Shown piece by piece: positions 19,724 through 27,091 of a stretch of DNA of 64,000 nucleotides. Source of the DNA: an uncultured Blastocatellaceae bacterium (GTDB lineage: Bacteria > Acidobacteriota > Blastocatellia > Pyrinomonadales > Pyrinomonadaceae). The translations under genes and the position numbers were made by a program. Numbering within the stretch: position 1 is the first letter of the stretch; each line of letters begins with the position of its first letter. The notes beneath the pieces were generated by a model. The model worked only from the letters and a program-made list of their open reading frames with translations. It was not told the DNA's origin and did not search any database. The stretch lies in the NCBI GenBank assembly GCA_964548225.1, contig CAZJQP010000005.1, positions 20,453 to 84,452 on the forward strand. The letters are read 5' to 3'.

Positions 19724-20347
19724 TTATCTCTTTTGTCTTAACAACTTCGCAAAGGGCAACTTACTCACTTTTTTGAAATAATCCTTTCCATTGACAAAAT
19801 CCGTAGTTCCTTCGAGATATTCTTTCTCCGGTTTTGTCGGTTTTCCTGTCCGTAAATCTTTGTATTGAATCGTTTTGCGTAAGAGTCTGCCTTTTCCGTT
19901 GAAATAGAGCGTCTGCAAAACAATTAAATCTCCGTAAAACGTCCGCAGTTCGGATTTTACTTTGGCGAGCGTTCCGTCGGGGCGAAAATAGTGATGGACA
20001 TATTGCGCCCAATCGCCCGAAGGACTGAAAAGCGTAAAAGCTGAATGAATCAGTTTGCCATTCTTTCGCCAATTATAAGCGATTGTGTAAGTTTCGTTCC
20101 TTGTGCGGAATTTTTCCAGAGCCTTATCGGAAGCGAATTTGCGCCATTTCGATTTGGAATCATCGTTGTAGTCGGAAATATCGGCAAAAACCAGATGCGG
20201 GTTTTTGTTGCGTCTGACGAAGGTATCAATCGTTTTGCAATACGCTTCGATTCGGCGGATTTCCGTTCTTTTATTCGTCTGGGCAAAAGACAAATTTTGG
20301 AAACCGAGAAGCAGAAGAGCAATAATTAAAAGGCTGTATTTTTTCAT
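19724..20347 (-). CDS. Secreted hypothetical protein
   Basis: Signal peptide LLIIALLLLGFQNLSFAQ. Confidence 0.5.
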   Translation of the reverse strand: MKKYSLLIIALLLLGFQNLSFAQTNKRTEIRRIEAYCKTIDTFVRRNKNPHLVFADISDYNDDSKSKWRKFASDKALEKFRTRNETYTIAYNWRKNGKLIHSAFTLFSPSGDWAQYVHHYFRPDGTLAKVKSELRTFYGDLIVLQTLYFNGKGRLLRKTIQYKDLRTGKPTKPEKEYLEGTTDFVNGKDYFKKVSKLPFAKLLRQKR

Positions 20348-20351
20348 AAAT

Positions 20352-21287
20352 TTACCTCGGCAATTTCCCAGTGATTTCTAACAATCTATCGGGATAATCG
20401 GTCATAATGCCGTCAACATTCATTTCGATAAGTTGTTTCATCCTGTCCGTGTCGTTGATTGTCCAAACGTGAACTTTTAAGTTTAATTTATGCGCGGTTT
20501 CGACGAATTCTTTCGTTACGACTTCGAGCGAGCCGACTCTTTGCGGGATTTGCAAGGCTTGCATCGGCGGCGTGTAGTTTTCGCCGATTCCGGTTTTATA
20601 CATCAATAGAAATTGCGAAACTTCGCGCGGCGTGGCTGAGGTGGCAACTTCCGAACATTCGGCGCGAAATTCGTCAATCGCCGTTTGGCGAAATGAACCG
20701 ACAATGACTTTTGCGGTCATATTTCGGGCGCGAATCGCTTCGCACAGAGGTTTTATGACTGAAGGTTCGGCTTGTTTCGGTTCGACGTTGAAGGTTTGAT
20801 TCGGCAAAGCATCAAAAATCTCTTGAAGCGTTGGAATTGTAATTCCTTTGCCGCGAAAGGGAAAAGTATTTCCGCCATCAAGCGAAAAATTATATCCGGC
20901 ATCGAGTTTTTTTACTTCGGCGAGCGTTAATTTATTAATTTCGCCTTGTCCGTCGGTTGTGCGGTTGACGGTTTTGTCGTGCAGAACGACAAGTGCGCCG
21001 TCCGAAGTCGAATGAACGTCGAGTTCTAAAACGTCAACGCCAATTTGCGCCGAATATTGAAATGCGCCGAGCGTGTTTTCGGGGTAAAGTCCGCCCCCGC
21101 CGCGATGTGCGAATACCAAAAAGCGGGAATTTTCTTTCTTAAAAATTTCGCGTGCTTCTGCCGGTTTGCCCGTCTGCATTGCAAAATAAGTATAAATCCC
21201 TGCGAGAATCAAAAATATGCCAAGCAAAAAATATCCGAACCATTTGAAGATTTTGCTAAAAAACTTTTTCATCGTGATATGATGCAA
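20352..21287 (-). CDS. Membrane-anchored glycerophosphodiester phosphodiesterase (GDPD family)
   Basis: VFAHRGGGG...PENTLGAF...VDVLELDVHSTSDGALVVLHD catalytic His/Glu/Asp pattern. N-terminal TM. Confidence 0.85.
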   Translation of the reverse strand: MHHITMKKFFSKIFKWFGYFLLGIFLILAGIYTYFAMQTGKPAEAREIFKKENSRFLVFAHRGGGGLYPENTLGAFQYSAQIGVDVLELDVHSTSDGALVVLHDKTVNRTTDGQGEINKLTLAEVKKLDAGYNFSLDGGNTFPFRGKGITIPTLQEIFDALPNQTFNVEPKQAEPSVIKPLCEAIRARNMTAKVIVGSFRQTAIDEFRAECSEVATSATPREVSQFLLMYKTGIGENYTPPMQALQIPQRVGSLEVVTKEFVETAHKLNLKVHVWTINDTDRMKQLIEMNVDGIMTDYPDRLLEITGKLPR

Positions 21288-21459
21288 AATATTATAAAAT
21301 TGATTGCAACGAGTTGATTTTATTAAAAAATACGGAAACTCGCACGATTGTCGAAGGTGTTTATTCCAAAGTTGAGGATGCTAACTTTGAGTGCGTTTCT
21401 ACCTTCGTAAGCAACCGACGAACTGCATTTTGCAATCATATCTTGAATAGAGGAATTTT

Positions 21460-22377
21460 ATGAGTATCAAAAACTATTTTTTCGCGCTTTCGCTTTGTTT
21501 GATTTTTACCTGTGCAAGTTTCGCACAAACGATGCGAACTATTAATATTATAACCGAGCCGAATGCAGTGGTTTGGATAAATGATGTGCGTTTTGGTAAA
21601 ACGGACAAAAGCGGAAAATTGACTTTGAATGTTGCTTCAGGCGGCGTAAAAACAATTCGCGTTCGCGCTGAAGGCTTTAAGGAAACTAAGCAAAATCTTG
21701 CGGCAACGCAAAAAGGCGATGTTAAAATTGCGCTTGTAAAAACTACTGATGAAGCCGAAATTACTTTTCAAAAAGCCGAAAAAATGGCTTCTGTTGACGA
21801 AGAAAAAGCGATTGAATTATACCGCAAAGCAATCACTCTGCGTCCGAAATATGCCGAGGCATATGTTGAAATCGCCCGCATTTTAGGCGAAAACGGCGAA
21901 ACGGAAGATGCGCTCGAAGCTATCAAACAAGCCCGAAAAATTCGTCCGATTTACGCCGAAGCCTCTGCCGTTGAAGGCAGAATTTACAAAACTGCCACGG
22001 AAGAAGAAAACGCCATCGCTTCATTCAAAAAATCAATCGCCGAAGGCAAAGGCTTTCAGCCTGAAGCGCACACAGGTTTAGGAATGATTTATCGTGAAAA
22101 AGCCGAAAGTTTCGGCTCGACAGGCGATTTTGACAGCGAAAAAGAATATTATCTGCTTGCCGCCGGCGAACTCAAGAAAGCTGTCGCCCAGCTTGCCGGT
22201 GCGCCTGACGCAATTACGATCTATCAACTGCTCGGCGATTGCTACGAACGCGCCAAAATGTATAAGGAAGCAATTGCAGTTTATGAAGAATTTCTAAAAA
22301 TTTACCCGAATGCAAACGAAGCCGTTACCGTTCGCTCATTCATTACACAGATAAAAAAACAGATGTCGGAACAGTAA
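21460..22377 (+). CDS. Secreted TPR-repeat protein
   Basis: Signal peptide. TPR units (AIELYRKAITLRPKYAEAYVEIARILGENGETEDALEAIKQARKIRP...). Confidence 0.7.
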   Translation: MSIKNYFFALSLCLIFTCASFAQTMRTINIITEPNAVVWINDVRFGKTDKSGKLTLNVASGGVKTIRVRAEGFKETKQNLAATQKGDVKIALVKTTDEAEITFQKAEKMASVDEEKAIELYRKAITLRPKYAEAYVEIARILGENGETEDALEAIKQARKIRPIYAEASAVEGRIYKTATEEENAIASFKKSIAEGKGFQPEAHTGLGMIYREKAESFGSTGDFDSEKEYYLLAAGELKKAVAQLAGAPDAITIYQLLGDCYERAKMYKEAIAVYEEFLKIYPNANEAVTVRSFITQIKKQMSEQ

Positions 22378-22403
22378 AAATTAAGAAGTAAAAACGCAAA
22401 AAT

Positions 22404-22964
22404 TTAGGCGGCGGTCTTCCATTCGTTCTTTAAAAGTCCGTAGAAAAGAGCATCTTGGGTTTCGCCTTGGACAATCCACCGCTCACGCAGATAGCCTTCT
22501 TTTTGAAATCCGAACCGTTCAAGCAGACGAATCGAAGGCGTGTTTCGCGGGTCAACATCTGCTTCGATGCGATGCAAATTCAACTCCGTGAAAGCGTAAT
22601 TCAAAAGCGCGTTCACAGCTTCCGTAACTAAACCTTTGCCCCAAAATTCGCGGTTGAGAGCATAACCGATTTCGGCGCGGCAATTTTTTTCGTCAATGTG
22701 AAAAAGTGTTGTCGTGCCGATAATTTTATTGTCCGTTTTCAAGGAAATTCCCCATTGAAAAAGCGTGTTCTTTTCAAAATTTTTGTGAATATCGGCAAGA
22801 TAATTTACTGCATCGGCGCGTTCGGCAAACGGCACAATACCAAAAAAACGCATTGCTTCCGAATCGGAAAAAATATCGTAAAGCGAATCAATATCAGCAG
22901 TTTCGATATGACGCAGATTTACTCTCGAAGCCTCGATTACGGGAAGTTTTTCACCTTTAGTCAT
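22404..22964 (-). CDS. GNAT family N-acetyltransferase (RimJ/RimL-like)
   Basis: GNAT motif A (FWGKGLVTEAVNALLNYAF) and the ...RIEADVDPRNTPSIRLLERFGFQKEG tail. Confidence 0.8.
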   Translation of the reverse strand: MTKGEKLPVIEASRVNLRHIETADIDSLYDIFSDSEAMRFFGIVPFAERADAVNYLADIHKNFEKNTLFQWGISLKTDNKIIGTTTLFHIDEKNCRAEIGYALNREFWGKGLVTEAVNALLNYAFTELNLHRIEADVDPRNTPSIRLLERFGFQKEGYLRERWIVQGETQDALFYGLLKNEWKTAA

Positions 22965-23178
22965 AAAAATTATTTGCGTCGCAATTCCTTAATTCTTTTC
23001 CAAAGTTGCGGCAAGGCTTTGCTCGTTTGAAACATCGAAAGTTTCGATATGACGCAGATTTACTCTCGAAGCCTCGATTACGGGAAGTTTTTCACCTTTA
23101 GTCATAAAAATTATTTGCGTCGCAATTCCTTAATTCTTTTCCAAAGTTGCGGCAAGGCTTTGCTCGTTTGAAACATCG
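22899..23178. repeat. Perfect tandem duplication, 2 x 140 bp, spanning the junction of the GNAT gene start and the aldehyde dehydrogenase gene end
   Basis: 22899-23038 equals 23039-23178 base for base. Each copy carries the ALDH 3' end, 6 nt, and the GNAT 5' end. Confidence 0.9.
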
Positions 23179-24679
23179 AACCTGTCGCAAAATATTTGGC
23201 GAATTGTTTGAAAGTTTCGACCGCATTTGCCGAATAAGGCATCCACCAAGCATCGGGCAAAATTGCAATTTTATTAATGTGAATATGTTGCGGTTGAACG
23301 AGTTCCATCAAACCTTCAAGCCCGTGTGTTCTGCCATTTCCTGAATGTTTGAAACCACCCCAAGGCGTTTGTCCTATGCCGTGCGTGTATAAAACTTCGT
23401 TGACGCAAACCGTTCCAGCTTCAATTTTTTCGGCAATTCGTTTGCCTTTTGAAAGATTTTTTGTCCAAACGCTCGCTGTCAAACCGAATTCCGAATCGTT
23501 TGCAAGTTTGATTGCTTCTTGTTCCGTGCGAAAAGTTGCGATTGGCAAAGTCGGACCGAAAGTTTCTTCCTGCATTGCCCGCATCGAATTATTTGCGCCG
23601 GAAATCACGGTCGGTTCGAAAAATAAATCTTTTGATTTTCCACCTGTTAAGATTTTTGCGCCTTCTTTTTCAAAATCGGCAACGTGGTCTTTGACGATAT
23701 TTATCTGTCTTTCCGATGACATCGCACCGATTGAAATTGTTTCATCATTTCCCGCGCCTTGTTTTAATTTGCGCGTTTTTTCGACAATCAATTCGGTCAA
23801 TTTTTCGGCAACGGATTCTTCGACATAAAGCCTTTCGACCGACGAACAGGATTGCCCCGAATTGCAAAACGCGCCCCAAACCGCCGCGTCTGCCGCGAGT
23901 TCGAGATTTGCGTCGGCAAACACAATCATCGGGTCTTTGCCGCCGAGTTCCAAAACAACGGAAGTCAGATTTTTCGCCGCAGATTCAGCGATTTTTTTGC
24001 CCGTCGCAACGCTTCCGGTGAACATAATTTTGTCCGGCGCAGATTCGACAAGTGCCGCACCCGTTGCGCCTGCGCCCGAAACGATTTGCACAGCGTTTTC
24101 GGGAAATCCGGCTTTTTCAAAAATTTCGCCAATCTTAAGTCCAATAAACGGCGTGAGTTCCGAAGGTTTGATGATAACTGTATTGCCTGCCATCAAAGAC
24201 ATTACCGCTTCGCCCAAAGGAATCGAAAACGGATAATTCCACGCCGGAATGATTCCAACTACGCCGAGCGGTTGATAGATAATTTTTGATGAACGCCCAA
24301 GAAGTCCATAAAGCCCGATGCCGATTTTTCGCGGCTTCAAGAGTTTTTCGCTATTCTTGGCAAAATACTGCATTAAATCCAAAACCGGCGCAATCTCCAT
24401 CGAAAGAGATTCGGCGACGGGTTTGCCTGATTCATCGGAAATCAGTCGCGCAATGTCGTCCATTTCGGCTAAAATCACTTCACGCGCCCGCATCACGAGT
24501 TTTTTGCGCTCGGAAAAAGAAGTTTTGCGCCAAGTCTGAAATGCTTCACGCGAATTTTCAACAGCAATTTGCACTTCTTCCGCCGAAGTTTCATTTAAAC
24601 GTCCGAATTCTTCGCCCGTTGCCGGATTGTATGAAATTACCTCGTTTTTGTTTTGTATTTTAAGAACCGCGCTCATTTG
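23111..24679 (-). CDS. NAD(P)-dependent aldehyde dehydrogenase (start taken at MSAVLK with a gaggga RBS)
   Basis: Catalytic ELGGKDP (Glu) and FCNSGQSCSS (Cys) motifs. Rossmann GSVATG. Confidence 0.9.
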   Translation of the reverse strand, partial: QMSAVLKIQNKNEVISYNPATGEEFGRLNETSAEEVQIAVENSREAFQTWRKTSFSERKKLVMRAREVILAEMDDIARLISDESGKPVAESLSMEIAPVLDLMQYFAKNSEKLLKPRKIGIGLYGLLGRSSKIIYQPLGVVGIIPAWNYPFSIPLGEAVMSLMAGNTVIIKPSELTPFIGLKIGEIFEKAGFPENAVQIVSGAGATGAALVESAPDKIMFTGSVATGKKIAESAAKNLTSVVLELGGKDPMIVFADANLELAADAAVWGAFCNSGQSCSSVERLYVEESVAEKLTELIVEKTRKLKQGAGNDETISIGAMSSERQINIVKDHVADFEKEGAKILTGGKSKDLFFEPTVISGANNSMRAMQEETFGPTLPIATFRTEQEAIKLANDSEFGLTASVWTKNLSKGKRIAEKIEAGTVCVNEVLYTHGIGQTPWGGFKHSGNGRTHGLEGLMELVQPQHIHINKIAILPDAWWMPYSANAVETFKQFAKYFATGSMFQTSKALPQLWKRIKELRRK

Positions 24680-24716
24680 TTTTCCCTCAAAAGAATAGCT
24701 TACCCGATTTCTCAAA

Positions 24717-24789
24717 AAGGCAGAAACCCGTGTGTGAGCAAGAATGTTTAAGTGAAAGTTCTGCCTCCTTGCTCACACGCGAGTTTCTG
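24717..24789. promoter_or_regulatory. 23-bp-arm imperfect palindrome (GCAGAAACCCGTGTGTGAGCAAG / CTTGCTCACACGCGAGTTTCTGC) in the divergent ALDH-lrp promoter region; candidate operator
   Basis: Read directly; 2 mismatches in 23 bp. Centred between the two start codons. Confidence 0.4.
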
Positions 24790-24855
24790 CTTTACAAAAT
24801 TTTGCTTGACAAACCAATTACCGAATATTATTCTTTAAATAGTGAGGTTGACCGA

Positions 24856-25302
24856 ATGATTAACGACATTGACAAACAAATATTGAATATTCTTCAGAAA
24901 GATGCGCGAATTGCCAACGCGGAAATTGCCCGTCAGGTCGGATTAGCACCGTCGGCGGTTTTGGAGCGCGTCAGAAAATTGGAAGAACGCGGCGTGATAA
25001 AAGGTTACGAAACAAAGCTCGATGCGGCACAGGTTGAATACGGTTTGACAGCTTTTATCGCCGTGCGGACAAACGAGTGCTGTTATGAAACCGACAATTT
25101 TTTAGCGGAAATTCCCGAAGTTTTGGAAGTTCACGATGTAGCCGGCGAAGATTCTTATTTATTAAAAGTTCGTGTTAAAGACACCGAGCATTTATCCCGT
25201 TTGATGCGCGAACGTCTGAAAAACGTGCCGAATGTCGCTTCGACGCGGACGACTATCGTTTTGGGAACGATAAAAGAAACAAACGCTTTGCCGATAAAAT
25301 AG
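24856..25302 (+). CDS. Lrp/AsnC family transcriptional regulator (start at MINDID with a gaggt RBS)
   Basis: N-terminal HTH DKQILNILQKDARIANAEIARQVGLAPSAVLERVRKLEERGVIKGY plus a C-terminal RAM domain. Confidence 0.85.
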   Translation: MINDIDKQILNILQKDARIANAEIARQVGLAPSAVLERVRKLEERGVIKGYETKLDAAQVEYGLTAFIAVRTNECCYETDNFLAEIPEVLEVHDVAGEDSYLLKVRVKDTEHLSRLMRERLKNVPNVASTRTTIVLGTIKETNALPIK

Positions 25303-25454
25303 TTTAGATTCCACGCTTCAGCGTGCCGCAAATACGAGCGGAGCAATGTGTTTGCCATTCGTGGCAAACGAGAATTTTGAATGGAAACAAAAACCGCGTT
25401 GCTTCGCTCGCGGTTAGCCGACTAAAGGCGAGACTCAGAACGGAGGTAGCAGTA

Positions 25455-26456
25455 ATGAAAAAGCAAATTATAAATAATCGGAATTTGGCAATAATGATTG
25501 CCGCGTTTGCGGCGGTTTATCTGCTTTGGGGTTCGACGTATTTAGCAATTAAATACGCGATTGAGACATTACCCTCATTTTTGATGGCAGGTATAAGATT
25601 CGTTTTTGCGGGTGCGGTTTTGATGATTTGGGCGCGGTTTGCGAAAGACTACGAAAAACCGAAAGCGGCACATTGGAAAACGAGTTTTATTGTCGGAACT
25701 CTTTTGCTTTTGGGCGGAAACGGCGGCGTTGTTTTCGCGCAACACTATATTTCATCGAGTCTTGCCGCACTTCTCGTGGCAACCGAACCGTTTTGGATTG
25801 TCTTGTTAAGCTGGCTCTGGCTCGGCAAATCGCGTCCGACTTTGAAAACTGTTGCCGGAATCGCGTTGGGATTTTTCGGCGTATGGCTTTTGATTCAAGG
25901 GCAATCGAACGGTTTTGCGAGTTCCGGTTCAATGCAGTTTTTTGGAACTTTGGCAGTTATGGGCGCGGCTTTGAGTTGGGCGACAGGCTCAATTTACGGA
26001 CTTCGTGCGCCTGCGCCGAAATCTTCGATTTTAACGGCGGGAATGCAAATGTTTTCGGGCGGATTGGTTTTGCTCGTGGTCAGTTTGTTCGCGGGCGAAT
26101 GGTCTTCGTTTAATATTGCAGAAGTTTCGGCGCGTTCGTGGTTTGGCGTGATTTATTTGATAATCGCCGGTTCGCTTATCGGTTTCACGGCTTACAGTTG
26201 GTTGCTCAAAAACGCGAATCCGTCAATGGTTTCGACTTATGCCTATGTCAATCCGGTCGTTGCTGTATTCTTAGGCTGGCTCATTGCTGGCGAGAGTTTT
26301 ACGGGACAAATGCTCATTGGCGCAACGGTCATTGTCGGCTCGGTCGTGCTGATAACTTCGCACGACAAAAACGATAAAGATTCGGAGGAAAAACTCGAAA
26401 TTCACGAATCGAATATGCCGACGGGAACGCCGAAAACTTTATCGGCTTCAGCGTAA
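25455..26456 (+). CDS. EamA/DMT superfamily transporter (about 10 TM helices); start at MKKQII with a ggagg RBS
   Basis: Two duplicated EamA-like five-helix halves (...GSTYLAIKYAIE... and ...AYVNPVVAVFLGWLIAGE...). Confidence 0.8.
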   Translation: MKKQIINNRNLAIMIAAFAAVYLLWGSTYLAIKYAIETLPSFLMAGIRFVFAGAVLMIWARFAKDYEKPKAAHWKTSFIVGTLLLLGGNGGVVFAQHYISSSLAALLVATEPFWIVLLSWLWLGKSRPTLKTVAGIALGFFGVWLLIQGQSNGFASSGSMQFFGTLAVMGAALSWATGSIYGLRAPAPKSSILTAGMQMFSGGLVLLVVSLFAGEWSSFNIAEVSARSWFGVIYLIIAGSLIGFTAYSWLLKNANPSMVSTYAYVNPVVAVFLGWLIAGESFTGQMLIGATVIVGSVVLITSHDKNDKDSEEKLEIHESNMPTGTPKTLSASA

Positions 26457-26498
26457 TTCAAGCTAATCAAAATTAAAGGAAATGCTTTTATAAATTGC

Positions 26499-26518
26499 CT
26501 CCGGCTTTAGCCGGAGGT
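26499..26518 (+). terminator. Hairpin CCTCCGGC-TTTA-GCCGGAGG followed by a T-rich tract; terminator of the EamA gene
   Basis: Perfect 8-bp GC-rich stem followed by tttagattt. Confidence 0.6.
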
Positions 26519-26526
26519 TTAGATTT

Positions 26527-26658
26527 GGAAAGAAAAAGGCTTTAGCCAAACAGAAGAAAAATAAATAAAAATCCTTATCGCTTTAGCGCAAAAAAGGCTA
26601 AAGCCAAGCGGAATTTTTATTTTATTTCCTATTCGGCTAAAGCCTTTTTCTTTGCTTC
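26527..26658. repeat. Complex imperfect inverted-repeat element (arms about 45 bp: GGAAAGAAAAAGGCTTTAGCC...AAATAAAAA) with nested GGCTTTAGCC / GGCTAAAGCC hairpins; MITE-like or a structured RNA
   Basis: The arms are reverse complements with a few mismatches. The CCACTAGCTGAAGCTAGTGG hairpin follows at 26665-26684. Confidence 0.5.
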
Positions 26659-27091
26659 GCTGACCACTAGCTGAAGCTAGTGGCAATTTATGAAAGACTT
26701 CAAACGGCATTTGTTGTTTAGCCGAAAGTTTCAAATAATTCGCCTTCATCGAAGTATTCACCGACTTGAATTTTAATCCAAATGCCTTGTTTGGTTATTC
26801 GCTTGTCGGTAACAATCGCGCTGAAAGATTCTAAACGGTCATTCTATTTACCACCCTTTTCAAGATCAAGTATCCACATTTTCCCTTCAAAAATGATTTG
26901 ACGCGGCTTTCTGATTTTTGAAGTTAAGCCTGTTGCTCCGTCAAATGTTAGCGGACAATCAATCAAATTTTGAGCAATCGCTTCAAACAAAAAACTTAAA
27001 TCTTTCTCGTAAGCGTCTATTTTTTCACGATTAAGCAATCGTTCAAAAATTTCTAAAAATTGTTCGGCTAAATCATTGAAATTATTTTCTC

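Noticed and set aside
22698-23030. 110-aa plus-strand ORF across the GNAT/ALDH junction
   Set aside because: It lies antisense to the GNAT gene and is extended only because of the 140-bp duplication, so it is spurious.
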